Origin: a virus
Lineage: Duplodnaviria; Caudoviricetes
Reading direction: 5' to 3' (one strand)
Virus record (IMG/VR): IMGVR_UViG_3300028569_001484
Span: 1 to 64,000 of that record
Length of the DNA stretch: 64,000 nucleotides
The notes beneath the pieces are model-generated. The model had not been told where the DNA came from, did no database searches, and saw nothing but the letters and a program-made list of their open reading frames with translations. The first letter of the stretch is position 1. Every line of letters begins with the position of its first letter. A program made the position numbers and the translations under genes. Shown here piece by piece: positions 1 to 9,500 of this stretch.

Positions 1-312
1 AGACCCGAACCAATATTTGAATGTGATACCAATGGTAATTGTACGTGGGTAAATGAAAAATATTGTCAATTATTGAAACACGATGTGGAATATTTCTTGA
101 ATAATGGATGGAAAAACGGTGTACACGGAGAAGATTTAGAAATGGTGGAAAAAGAGTGGGAAAGAGCTATTAAAGATAAAAGAAGTAGCACCAGTATACA
201 CAGAATGATTGATAGAGAAGGAAATGTATATAACGTTAAAGTGGTTGCTACTAGAAATAATGGTTATGGGTACATAGGACACATTGAAGTATTAGACGAT
301 AAAAAAGATTAA
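1..312 (+). CDS. PAS-domain protein (5'-truncated by window edge)
   Basis: Frame 1 is open from base 1: RPEPIFECDTNGNCTWVNEKYCQLL...GWKNGVHGEDLEMVEKEWERAI...HRMIDREG, matching the PAS pattern (D-x-x-G...VN...W...VH-x-ED). Confidence 0.75.
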   Translation, partial: RPEPIFECDTNGNCTWVNEKYCQLLKHDVEYFLNNGWKNGVHGEDLEMVEKEWERAIKDKRSSTSIHRMIDREGNVYNVKVVATRNNGYGYIGHIEVLDDKKD

Positions 313-349
313 TAATTAGATACCCAACACTATTTATATGTATATTAAT

Positions 350-985
350 ATGAAGTCTTCTAAAGAATTAGTCAATAAACTCGTAAAAGAAACACTAGAA
401 CAAAAGTACACCAATGCTTCGGCTTCTTGGAGTGATTTAATCGACGAATTATCCAAAGAAATTAAGAAGCCAATCGAACTTGATGATGCTGGTAACTATA
501 ATGTATGTGACTGTGAACCACATCATATTAGTATTAGACCAATTGTACACGGTATTTGTGATGTACAAGCATTCAGAGATTATAGCGATAGAACCAAGAA
601 ACTTTTTATGAAGTTTGAAGATGTTAAGAAATTCGTAAAAGAATACTTGAAATCCGATGTTTCAAATTATGTAGACAGTGCTTTGGGTAAGGGTGTTGAA
701 AACAGCAAAGATAAACAAGGTGGTAAAAAAGCCGATAAACAATCTGAATCCGAAGAAAACGTAGTTGATCCAGAAAAAGGATTTAAGATTGTGAAGAATG
801 TCAAGGTTGAGAATATGAACGATCCAAAAGACGATCCTACTCAACCAATGCAAGCAGTTGGTAAGTTTGCTAAACAAGGCGATCATAAACCAAAGAAAGC
901 AGAATACGTCCCACCTACATTGCCAAAGAATCTTCAAAAATTAGTTATTAAATATACTAAGGCTGGTAAAGCTAAGAAGAAGTAA
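350..985 (+). CDS. hypothetical phage protein (start 338 or 350)
   Basis: Long ORF with TATTTAT motif upstream; no recognisable family. Confidence 0.7.
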   Translation: MKSSKELVNKLVKETLEQKYTNASASWSDLIDELSKEIKKPIELDDAGNYNVCDCEPHHISIRPIVHGICDVQAFRDYSDRTKKLFMKFEDVKKFVKEYLKSDVSNYVDSALGKGVENSKDKQGGKKADKQSESEENVVDPEKGFKIVKNVKVENMNDPKDDPTQPMQAVGKFAKQGDHKPKKAEYVPPTLPKNLQKLVIKYTKAGKAKKK

Positions 986-1014
986 TTGACAATTTCTAGA
1001 TTTTGATGTACTAT
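986..1014 (+). promoter_or_regulatory. sigma70-like early promoter
   Basis: TTGACA-17 nt-TACTAT. Confidence 0.7.
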
Positions 1015-1041
1015 AAAAGTATATCTAAAAAAAGGATACAT

Positions 1042-1356
1042 ATGAAAAAATTGATTACTATCGCAACATTGGGTGCAACTCTAGCTTCCCAAACATTTGC
1101 TGGCGATAGAGAATGGGCTACGGTTGGCAAAGTATTAACCGGAGTCGCCGTAATTAACGTTATCGACAGAATTGTAAATCCCCCAACACAAGTTGTATAT
1201 GTACATCCACAACCAGTGGTTTATGCACAGCCTGTAGTAGTACAACCTGCTCCTGTTGTATATTATCAACCTGCTCCTGTTGTATATTATCAACCAGCAG
1301 TAGTTGTACATGGATCTTGGGGTCGTCCAGTACACCATTATCATCACCATCATTGA
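1042..1356 (+). CDS. secreted/membrane proline-rich protein
   Basis: AAGGA Shine-Dalgarno before ATG 1042; signal peptide MKKLITIATLGATLASQTFA; GDREWATVGKVLTG motif; QPAPVVYY repeats; His-rich tail. Confidence 0.75.
   Translation: MKKLITIATLGATLASQTFAGDREWATVGKVLTGVAVINVIDRIVNPPTQVVYVHPQPVVYAQPVVVQPAPVVYYQPAPVVYYQPAVVVHGSWGRPVHHYHHHH
1243..1295 (+). repeat. 24-bp in-frame tandem repeat (x2.2)
   Basis: caacctgctcctgttgtatattat present twice exactly, encodes QPAPVVYY. Confidence 0.9.
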
Positions 1357-1378
1357 TAAAATCATTTTGAAATAACCC

Positions 1379-1404
1379 AAACCACCGTAACTGGTGGTTT
1401 TTTT
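1379..1404 (+). terminator. intrinsic terminator
   Basis: aaaccacc-gtaact-ggtggttt hairpin followed by T run. Confidence 0.8.
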
Positions 1405-1414
1405 ATTTTTCCGG

Positions 1415-1442
1415 TTGACTTCTTATATATCCGTGGTAAGAT
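1415..1442 (+). promoter_or_regulatory. sigma70-like early promoter
   Basis: TTGACT-16 nt-TAAGAT with TG extended -10. Confidence 0.65.
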
Positions 1443-1464
1443 GGTTTTACGGTAAGAAACACAT

Positions 1465-2436
1465 ATGAAAAATAAAAACTCACTAAATCTGGTTACTGGC
1501 AAGGACTTCAATATCAAGGCTTATCTTGACACTTGTGTAAATCTACGTCCATCTTCTTTGATTATGGATGATCTCAAGTGGAAGTATATGGTGCGTAGTG
1601 CTATTCGTGGCAAGAACATTCTGCTTCTTGGTCCAACTGGTTGTGGTAAGACTCTAGCAGCGCAAACTGTTGCTAAGGCTATTGGTCGTGAAGATAACTT
1701 CTTCTATTTTAATCTGGGTGCTACACAAGATGCTCGTAGTGCTTTGATTGGCAACACTCACTTTGATAAGAAGACTGGTACTCTATTCAAGGAGTCTAGC
1801 TTCATCAAGGCTATTCGTACTCCTAATGCCATCATTCTTCTTGATGAAATTTCACGCAGTCATCACGATGGTGTTAATATTCTAATGACTGTTCTTGATG
1901 ATCTACAGCGGTATCTTCGTTTGGATGAAAAGGATGATTGTGAAGTCGTTAAGGTTGCTGAAGGTGTTACCTTTATCGCTACCGCTAACGTAGGTAACGA
2001 ATATACCGCTACCCGTGTTATGGATCGTGCTCTACTTTCACGTTTTCCAGTCAAGATTGAAGTAACTCCCCTTGACAAGGATAGTGAGTTTAATCTACTA
2101 AAGAACCGTTTCGACATTTCAACTGAAAATCAACTTGATATGCTCAAGGCGATTTGTGAAATTGCTGAACATACCCGTAAGCAAGTTAAGCAAGATGATA
2201 GTAAGCTAACCAATTTTATTCCTACACGTAGTACAGTTGAAATTGCTGAACTTATTGTTGACGGATTTAATTTGCTTGAAATTGCGGAGTCAACCATTTA
2301 TACTAACTTCAGTGATGATGGAGGTGTAGATAGTGAACGTACTTATATTCGTCAGCTTGTACAGAAGTACATCAAGGTTGAATCTAAGGAAAAGCTATTT
2401 AATGATCCACTAAAGAGTGATCAGCCTCCTTTTTAA
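1465..2436 (+). CDS. MoxR/CbbQ/NorQ/CobS-type AAA+ ATPase
   Basis: Walker A GPTGCGKT, Walker B ILLDEISR, FIATAN sensor, MDRALLSRF arginine finger. Confidence 0.9.
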   Translation: MKNKNSLNLVTGKDFNIKAYLDTCVNLRPSSLIMDDLKWKYMVRSAIRGKNILLLGPTGCGKTLAAQTVAKAIGREDNFFYFNLGATQDARSALIGNTHFDKKTGTLFKESSFIKAIRTPNAIILLDEISRSHHDGVNILMTVLDDLQRYLRLDEKDDCEVVKVAEGVTFIATANVGNEYTATRVMDRALLSRFPVKIEVTPLDKDSEFNLLKNRFDISTENQLDMLKAICEIAEHTRKQVKQDDSKLTNFIPTRSTVEIAELIVDGFNLLEIAESTIYTNFSDDGGVDSERTYIRQLVQKYIKVESKEKLFNDPLKSDQPPF

Positions 2437-2461
2437 TAACTAAATAAACAAACAAACTATT

Positions 2462-4540
2462 ATGAGTAACTACAGTGATTTCTGGCTTAAAGACAACCAT
2501 TATGAATGGGATTGGGAAGATGAGCTAGATGCGGCTATTGAAGAAGAATCAGATACAGATGCTACAGTTGATGCTGAGGATCGTCTCAGTGATACTACTG
2601 CTAGGTTGATTCGTCTATCTTCAGCTCGTCGTGCTGTTGCTAACTATGTTAGTATTCTGACGAACCAGAATATTCCTGTAGTATTCAATGATAGTGCTGT
2701 AAATTGTACTGATGGTAAGCTAGTCTATATCAGTAGCGATATTACCAAGAAGGATAATTTTGATGTGGCTGTCGGACTAGCCTTACACGAAGGCAGCCAC
2801 ATCAAATATTCTGATTTTGAATTGTTTAAGACTGTATGGATGAATGTTCCCCGTGACATTTATAACTATACTGAAAAGCTAAGCATTTCAAAAGATGAAG
2901 TGGGTAAGACTTGTCAGACTATTCTAAACTATGTAGAAGATCGTTTTATCGATTATACTGTACATCGTAATGCTCCTGGCTATCGTGGATACTACGATGC
3001 TTTGTACGACGAATACTTTAATAACAAGGTAATTAGTGATGCTTTGGATAGCGATATGTATCGTACACTAAGCGTTGAGTCTTATATGTACCGTATTATC
3101 AATCTTACAAATCCTAATACCAATCTTAAGGCTTTGCCTGGTTTGTACGACATTGCCAAAGAATTGGATCTTACCAACATTAGTCGTTTGATTACTCCAA
3201 AGGATCGGTTGAATGTTGCTTATAAGATTGCAGAAATTGTATTTAAAAATATCAATGAACACAATCAAAAGCAAACTGGGCCTGGATTCGATCAAAATGA
3301 TAGTGGTGTATCTGACAATTCTAATGGAATGCCTGGTGATGGCGAATCTGGTAAATCAACTGATGATGTACTTGGTGGTACTGAGTCTACTGTAACAAGT
3401 GATAACGCGGCTGTAACAAGTGATGTTGGTACAGATGCAAATGTCAGTAAGACCAAACAGAACAAGATTGCTAAGAGTTTTGAGAAACAGAAAGACTTTC
3501 TTGCTGGTAAGATCAAAAAGAAGAAGGTTTCCAAACGTGAAAAGACGATGTTGGATGTTCTTGAAAAGAGTCAGATCGATCTTGTGCCTGTAGCTCAAGA
3601 GATGATGAAGGCTAGTGGATTTGTTGGAAGTGTAGAATGTATCTTGGTTAAGAATATGACCAAGGAACTTATTCTATCTGAAGAATTTCCAATGAGCATT
3701 GGTGCTAACAATGAAAGTAGCCGTACTGAACTACAAAAGAATGTGGATGCTGGTATTGTTTTGGGTACAAAGCTAGGTCGTCGTCTTCAAATTCGTAATG
3801 AAATTAATATTGATAAGTTTACCCGTCGTAATTTGGGTAAGATCGATAAGCGTTTGATGCACGAATTGGGATTTGAGACTGATACCAATATCTTTTACAG
3901 CACATTTACCAATAAATATAAGAAGGTAAACTTCCATATTAGTGTAGATGCTAGTGCTAGTATGCGTGGGCCAAAGTGGAATCGTACAATCAAGCTATGT
4001 GTAGCACTAGCAAAGGCTACATCTATGATTGATAATGTAGATCTTACTATTAGTTTTCGTACTACTATGAGTTACAATCCATATATTGTGGTTGCTTATA
4101 ATTCCAAGGTAGATAAGTTCTCAAAGATTAAGAATTTGTTTTCTTATTTAATTCCAGTGAATACCACTCCAGAAGGATTGTGTTTTGAAGCACTAATGAA
4201 GTTTCTGCCTAAGTCTGATACCAATACAAACAGTTATTTTGTTAATATTAGTGATGGTGAACCGTGTTTTTATTACAACAACACTTCGGCTGGCATTGCA
4301 TTTTCTTATCGGGACAAATCAGCTTGTGAACATACACGTACTCAAGTAAGAAAGATTAAGGAATCTGGTTATAATATTATTTCCTATTTCGTATCTGATT
4401 ATGATAATTTTGGTATTGAAGTGCTACGTCAGAACTTTAAGACAATGTATGGTAGTGATTCACATTTTATTAATGTAGAGAATCTCAATCAGATTGTTAA
4501 AACGGTCAATGATAAGATGATGGAAGCTATTGACATATAA
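2462..4540 (+). CDS. VWA-domain protein with N-terminal HExxH motif (CobT-like partner of the AAA+ ATPase)
   Basis: LHEGSH and NYVEDRFID motifs; MIDAS DASASM, TPEG and ISDGEP; adjacent to MoxR-type ATPase. Confidence 0.8.
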   Translation: MSNYSDFWLKDNHYEWDWEDELDAAIEEESDTDATVDAEDRLSDTTARLIRLSSARRAVANYVSILTNQNIPVVFNDSAVNCTDGKLVYISSDITKKDNFDVAVGLALHEGSHIKYSDFELFKTVWMNVPRDIYNYTEKLSISKDEVGKTCQTILNYVEDRFIDYTVHRNAPGYRGYYDALYDEYFNNKVISDALDSDMYRTLSVESYMYRIINLTNPNTNLKALPGLYDIAKELDLTNISRLITPKDRLNVAYKIAEIVFKNINEHNQKQTGPGFDQNDSGVSDNSNGMPGDGESGKSTDDVLGGTESTVTSDNAAVTSDVGTDANVSKTKQNKIAKSFEKQKDFLAGKIKKKKVSKREKTMLDVLEKSQIDLVPVAQEMMKASGFVGSVECILVKNMTKELILSEEFPMSIGANNESSRTELQKNVDAGIVLGTKLGRRLQIRNEINIDKFTRRNLGKIDKRLMHELGFETDTNIFYSTFTNKYKKVNFHISVDASASMRGPKWNRTIKLCVALAKATSMIDNVDLTISFRTTMSYNPYIVVAYNSKVDKFSKIKNLFSYLIPVNTTPEGLCFEALMKFLPKSDTNTNSYFVNISDGEPCFYYNNTSAGIAFSYRDKSACEHTRTQVRKIKESGYNIISYFVSDYDNFGIEVLRQNFKTMYGSDSHFINVENLNQIVKTVNDKMMEAIDI

Positions 4541-4557
4541 TATAAAGATGGTATAAT
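4530..4557 (+). promoter_or_regulatory. sigma70-like early promoter
   Basis: TTGACA-16 nt-TATAAT with TG extended -10. Confidence 0.7.
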
Positions 4558-4604
4558 ATATAAACAGAGAAATTTATCACAACATAAACAAGAAAGGATA
4601 AAAT

Positions 4605-4973
4605 ATGAAAAAGACAGATCGTGAGAATAAGACAAATCAAACAGTAACGTATCCAAGTTGTATTTTTACAATTAAGGAACTAAACGAACTTAATCCTGAT
4701 ATCGTAACTATTAGTTTACGTGACAAGGTTAAGAAAGCAATTAAACGAGGTGAACTAAATGTAATTGGGGTTTTACCTAATGGTAAAGGTCGTCCAACTT
4801 TGGTACACGTATTTGGCTCAATTACCAAGTCTATTATTGATGAGGCTAAGAGCAAGGGTGTACATCTCAATCGTGAATTGTTGGTTGAAATGGTTAATAT
4901 CAATTCATCTGCCAAGGAATCGGTTGTTGTGGTTGATGTTGACACAACAAAGACCAATTCGGTTAATGTTTAA
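4605..4973 (+). CDS. putative winged-helix DNA-binding protein
   Basis: AAGGA SD; FTIKELNELNP...LRDKVKKAI...GKGRPTLV resembles wHTH with GRP wing. Confidence 0.55.
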   Translation: MKKTDRENKTNQTVTYPSCIFTIKELNELNPDIVTISLRDKVKKAIKRGELNVIGVLPNGKGRPTLVHVFGSITKSIIDEAKSKGVHLNRELLVEMVNINSSAKESVVVVDVDTTKTNSVNV

Positions 4974-4996
4974 ACTAAAAATCATATAATTGAAGC

Positions 4997-5028
4997 ACCG
5001 TATATCTTTGATTTGATATACGGTTTTT
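4997..5028 (+). terminator. intrinsic terminator
   Basis: accgtatatc-8 nt-gatatacggt followed by TTTT. Confidence 0.75.
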
Positions 5029-5044
5029 CTATTTATACTATATT

Positions 5045-5275
5045 ATGGCAAAAAAAAGAGACAAAGTACTACTATATTTAGATCGCAAAGGAAAAAACTT
5101 TTTAGTATATGATGAAAAAGATTTACTAGATCTTAAATTGCCTGTAGAGTATATTGATAACGGTACCAATTTGTATTTGGATACACTAACAGAAAAATGG
5201 GAAATAAAAGAAGTTAAGTCATCTAAAAATGAATTGACATTAAAATTTAAATTGGTTTTAAGAAAAACAGAATAA
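5045..5275 (+). CDS. hypothetical protein
   Basis: ORF coupled to next gene; TATTTAT at 5030-5036. Confidence 0.6.
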   Translation: MAKKRDKVLLYLDRKGKNFLVYDEKDLLDLKLPVEYIDNGTNLYLDTLTEKWEIKEVKSSKNELTLKFKLVLRKTE

Positions 5276-5276
5276 T

Positions 5277-6461
5277 ATGGATGCGTTACAAGAATACTTT
5301 GGAGTGGAAGCATTTGATTTTGAGGGAAACAAACGAAAATTAATTGATAATCTTAATTTGTTAAAAGCTATGTCTGTAGAAGAACAGACCTTTTACAAAA
5401 AGTGGTTGGAAATACAAACTTGTGAAAGTTTATCCAGTAAGGCTAATACAATTAAAGCTAGAATTTGGATTCCCACTGACATCAATGATGAATCTTTATC
5501 TATTAAAGAAATAGAAAGTATAAATCCAACGTTAGTGTATGTTGAAACAAAACAACAAAATGAAGACTGGACGATTCTTCGTATTTTTGGTCATACAATG
5601 ACATTTGACCAAACTCCTGGTAGATTTATTAAATTTCTTGTAACCGATGGTAATGTTGATAGTCCAAAGTATATTGGTTGTATTAGTGTTTCCAGCGATG
5701 TAATTGCTATTACTGATCGTGACAATTATTTGGGGTGGACTGCAACTGATAAAATGGATAACAAACGATTGGCACATAGTGCAATTGGTAGTTGTATTAT
5801 GAGTACCCAACCAATTGGTTATAATTTTCTAGGTGGTAAATTAGTAGCTGCTATGATTACCACATCAACTGTACGTGATCTTTGGAAACAATTATACGAT
5901 CAAACTCTTGTGGGTATGACAACTACAAGTTTGTATGGTAGTTATAGTATGTATAATAGTTTAAAATGGTGGCACAAATGTGGTAGCAGTGCTGGTAAAA
6001 TTTCAATTAAACCAGATGATAGTATTTATGAAACTTGGCACAATTGGTTGAAAGACATTGATGTAACTGCTTATGATAAAGCACTCACTCAAAAAGAAGG
6101 AGTAAGTGGACCTGTAACTGGAGCCAAATCTCGTATTCTTGGTATGATATTTAGTAAATGTGGTATAAAACAATCCAATTATCAACACGGATATGAACGG
6201 GGTGTATATTATAGTTGTTTTTATGAAAATACCAAAGAGTTTTTACAAAGCAAAATAGGTGTTGATCAATTGAATATGAAAGACCTCTTTAAACGTGATA
6301 TGCAAGGGGTAATTGAGTGGTGGCGACCAAAGGCTGTAGATCGATATAAAAAGCTAAAGAGTGAATCAAATTTAAAGAATACAGTACATTTCTATAACCA
6401 GATGTTTGGGATGTCTTATCAAGAAGCTAAAGACGCATATTTCAAAGAAGTTGGTAGATAG
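5277..6461 (+). CDS. DUF4338 / DruA-like protein
   Basis: TPGRFIKFLV, RDNYLGW, GYNFLGGKLVA and TTTSLYG-x-x-SMYN motifs typical of DUF4338 proteins. Confidence 0.7.
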   Translation: MDALQEYFGVEAFDFEGNKRKLIDNLNLLKAMSVEEQTFYKKWLEIQTCESLSSKANTIKARIWIPTDINDESLSIKEIESINPTLVYVETKQQNEDWTILRIFGHTMTFDQTPGRFIKFLVTDGNVDSPKYIGCISVSSDVIAITDRDNYLGWTATDKMDNKRLAHSAIGSCIMSTQPIGYNFLGGKLVAAMITTSTVRDLWKQLYDQTLVGMTTTSLYGSYSMYNSLKWWHKCGSSAGKISIKPDDSIYETWHNWLKDIDVTAYDKALTQKEGVSGPVTGAKSRILGMIFSKCGIKQSNYQHGYERGVYYSCFYENTKEFLQSKIGVDQLNMKDLFKRDMQGVIEWWRPKAVDRYKKLKSESNLKNTVHFYNQMFGMSYQEAKDAYFKEVGR

Positions 6462-6519
6462 AATTATTATAATATAAATTACTTATTATACATACTATTT
6501 ATATTTATAAGAGTAATTT

Positions 6520-7527
6520 ATGGCAAATACCCCAATTAATGCAATGACCGCTACATTCGGGTCTGGTGATCAGACTGCGATAAAAATGAATGTAGCGGAT
6601 TCAGGACCGTCAGATAGTACCAGTAAACTTATTGATTTACAACTTGGGAGTGTCACAAAATTCAAAGTTCTCAAAAGAGGTGAAGTAATTGCTACAAATT
6701 TTACGGGTAGTTTTAGTGGTAGTACTTTTGTTAAAAATCAATCAAGTGTTGCTGGCACCAAATATATAATATTTTCTGATGGAAGTGGTCAAAGAACATT
6801 GGGATATGATACTTCATTAAATTACGATGCTTCTTCAAACACATTAAATACCAATGGTAGTGTTAATATTGGTGGCGATATAGATAGTACAAATGTCTCA
6901 CCACTTTTACTATCAAGTCCAACTACAATAGAGTTTGGCGGTGCTGCTACCACAATTCAAATAGGATCGCTAGCAGTTGGTAGTTATACACGATTTAATT
7001 CAAGACAAGTCAGAGGTAATTTTACAGGATCATTTACAGGCAGTTTTAGTGGTAGTAGAGCTAACTTTACTAAAATAAGTGGCAGTAATACTACTATATC
7101 AGGTAGAGTAATTGCCACATCATTTACAGGCAGTATCAGCGGTAGTAGAGCCAATTTCAACAAACTAAGTGGTAGCAATGGTAGGATATCTGGCAAACTT
7201 GTTGCCACATCATTTACTGGTAGTATTAGTGGTAGTAGAGCTAACTTTACTAAAATAAGTGGAAGTAGCGGAATTATAACTGGTAGATTTATTGCTACTT
7301 CATTTACTGGTAGTATTAGTGGTGGATATGCCGCATTTACAAATGTAACTGGTAGTGTTGGTAGAATTCAAGATAAGTTGGTTATAAATGGAACATTGGA
7401 ATTAAATAATTCTATTACAGGATCAAATTCTATGTTTATAAGTGGCGCTGGTAGTCCTATCGCTGGTTACATAGGAATTTTAATAGGCGGAACAAAATAT
7501 AAGCTGCCATTGTATCCTTGGACTTAA
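6520..7527 (+). CDS. putative virion fibre/structural protein with Gly/Ser/Thr repeats
   Basis: Repeated FTGSISGSRANF units; C-terminal YIGILIGGTKYKLPLY fibre-like end. Confidence 0.6.
   Translation: MANTPINAMTATFGSGDQTAIKMNVADSGPSDSTSKLIDLQLGSVTKFKVLKRGEVIATNFTGSFSGSTFVKNQSSVAGTKYIIFSDGSGQRTLGYDTSLNYDASSNTLNTNGSVNIGGDIDSTNVSPLLLSSPTTIEFGGAATTIQIGSLAVGSYTRFNSRQVRGNFTGSFTGSFSGSRANFTKISGSNTTISGRVIATSFTGSISGSRANFNKLSGSNGRISGKLVATSFTGSISGSRANFTKISGSSGIITGRFIATSFTGSISGGYAAFTNVTGSVGRIQDKLVINGTLELNNSITGSNSMFISGAGSPIAGYIGILIGGTKYKLPLYPWT
7030..7360 (+). repeat. 90-bp (30 aa) in-frame tandem repeat, about 3.5 copies
   Basis: tcatttac(a/t)gg recurs at 7030, 7120, 7210, 7300. Confidence 0.85.
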
Positions 7528-7530
7528 GGC

Positions 7531-7559
7531 TTGACTTATTATAAATTTGTTGGTAAGAT
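7531..7559 (+). promoter_or_regulatory. sigma70-like promoter, probably leaderless transcript
   Basis: TTGACT-17 nt-TAAGAT, ATG 7 nt downstream at 7567. Confidence 0.7.
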
Positions 7560-7566
7560 GATCACA

Positions 7567-8478
7567 ATGAAAAAATCATTGTGCTGTATTTCTCTTCAAC
7601 TTCAAGAAAAAGGATTCAAAGCTAATACTATGACCAAGACTAGATTCTTGGCATTGGAACGAAAAAATGCTTTATCTACCGTTTCACAACGTACCTTGAA
7701 CAATGTAAATGTTGCAGTAAATACCTTTTCTTTTTGTATAAGTAAAGGATGGAATTATCGAATTAGCAGTGATTTATTTCCATTGGCTACTTTACCCGAA
7801 GCAAATTTATCGTTTGATGTTCTTCCTGACAAAGACCGTATTTATGCTGAATTCAAGCGTGGTGCTGAAATTATTAAAAAGAACAATTTACGATGTAGTA
7901 CACATCCCGATCAATTTGTTGTGCCTGCAAGTGCTACAAAGACTGTTGTGGAAAAGTCTATTATTGAACTAAAAAACCATGCATCTATTATGGATTTATT
8001 TGGTTTGCCACAGTCATATGAAGCTCCTATTAATATTCATATGAATTGTTACAAGGGTAATACCAAAGACATTGCTAAACGTTTTATTGATGTGTACAAT
8101 AATTTTCCTGTAAATGTAAAGTCTCGATTGGTACTTGAATTAGAAGATAAACCCAATAGTTGGGGATTAATTAATCTTTATGACTTAATTTATCAAAAAA
8201 CAGGAATACCTATTACTTATGATTCACATCATTTTAGATTGAATAATCCTGAAAATATTTCTCCTGAAAAAGCTATTTTAATGTGTATGGAAACTTGGGG
8301 TAAATATAAACCATTATTTCACTACAGCAATGGCAAAACAGGGCCAACAGATAGATCACATTCAGATTATGTTTATACTTTACACAAAGAATTGTTTGAA
8401 AATGATGTTGATGTAGACTTTGAATTTAAAGCCAAAGATTATGCAATTGAAAAATTTACGGCCGATTACCCTTTTTAA
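7567..8478 (+). CDS. uvsE: UV-damage endonuclease (UvsE/UVDE family)
   Basis: YRISSDLFP, STHPDQF, INIH, LELED, YDSHH, HYS, HSDY and EFKAKD motifs. Confidence 0.9.
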   Translation: MKKSLCCISLQLQEKGFKANTMTKTRFLALERKNALSTVSQRTLNNVNVAVNTFSFCISKGWNYRISSDLFPLATLPEANLSFDVLPDKDRIYAEFKRGAEIIKKNNLRCSTHPDQFVVPASATKTVVEKSIIELKNHASIMDLFGLPQSYEAPINIHMNCYKGNTKDIAKRFIDVYNNFPVNVKSRLVLELEDKPNSWGLINLYDLIYQKTGIPITYDSHHFRLNNPENISPEKAILMCMETWGKYKPLFHYSNGKTGPTDRSHSDYVYTLHKELFENDVDVDFEFKAKDYAIEKFTADYPF

Positions 8479-9094
8479 GATTATCTGACATCCAAAGAGG
8501 TTGTAAATTTGTATAATGCATACATTTTTTCAATTCTTCTAAATTGTCGAGGTCATAATTTGAAACAGGAATTATATGATCTATATGCCATCCATAATAA
8601 CCATAATTATCCCAAGTCATACCCGTTTCAAATTTAGACTCTAAATATAATTTTAATTTTTCCCAAGAACATCCTATTAAATTTAATGTTGTTCTTATTT
8701 TGAATTTTCCATTTAATGCTAAATGTAATCTTCTTCTGACATTTTTTCTCATTCTGAATATTGGATTGTTTTTAAGTTGTAATTGTTCATATTTTTTATG
8801 AGTCTTTAATATTTTTTGTTTATTTGTTTGATAATATTCTTTTTTATTTTGTAAAATAGAATCTCTATTAGAATAATAATATTCACGATTATTTTTAATA
8901 TGATTAACATCATTTTTTCTTTTTTGCCATTTTTCTTTATTTTTTATTTTGATTTTATCTTCATTTAATTCACTCCATTTTTTATACAACAAACTTTTAC
9001 AACTTTTACATTTAGATCTGGGTTTATTTTTTTCAAACGGAAATTCTGATAGAAGTTTAGTAATTTTACAGTGTGTACATATTTTTTCATTCAT
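8456..9094 (-). mobile_element. free-standing HNH homing-type endonuclease, convergent and overlapping the uvsE 3' end
   Basis: N-terminal CxxC...CxxC, charged coil, GMTWDNYG-WHIDHIIP...HYTNLQPLW...NLKKGN. Confidence 0.85.
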
Positions 9095-9161
9095 ATATTA
9101 ATAAATATGATTCCATTTCAATTACAAGTCGTTTTTATTCAAACTTTGATTTAAAAAGTAG

Positions 9162-9190
9162 TTGACGTTTTGAAGATTGAATGGTAAGAT
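9162..9190 (+). promoter_or_regulatory. sigma70-like early promoter
   Basis: TTGACG-17 nt-TAAGAT with TG extension. Confidence 0.7.
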
Positions 9191-9255
9191 AAATTTAAGT
9201 TAGTGATGAAACTAACGAAACAAAAAACAAACAAAAAAAGAAAGTAATAAATAAT

Positions 9256-9459
9256 ATGTATACACGTACAAATGCTCGTAACAAGACTAACTTCGTAGGC
9301 CATAACTCCACCGGCGTTGAGATTTATCTCTCTACCCCAGTTGCGAAGGCCAAGAAGGCTTCACGTTTGACTCTACGTGCTGGTAAGACCCGCGTTGACC
9401 TCAATGGTCGTCAGATCAAGGCTCTACGTGATGTCTTGAACGCTGGTTACACTGCTTAA
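9256..9459 (+). CDS. small basic hypothetical protein
   Basis: Own promoter, A-rich leader, biased codons (CGT, AAG, GCT). Confidence 0.75.
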   Translation: MYTRTNARNKTNFVGHNSTGVEIYLSTPVAKAKKASRLTLRAGKTRVDLNGRQIKALRDVLNAGYTA

Positions 9460-9500
9460 TTGAAATAAATGTTAACTCATATGTGTACATAGTTATGCAT

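Noticed and set aside
5277-6461. Complete Druantia defence system
   Set aside because: No DruE helicase or other dru genes are adjacent; the context is phage.
7030-7360. CRISPR array or DGR template/variable repeat
   Set aside because: The repeats are in-frame 90-bp coding units with synonymous divergence, no adenine-specific pattern and no reverse transcriptase in the window.
8456-9094. MGRKK leader for the HNH genes at 8456-9094 and 27525-28325
   Set aside because: No such overlapping ORF was found at either 5' end, so the module is not universal among this phage's nucleases.
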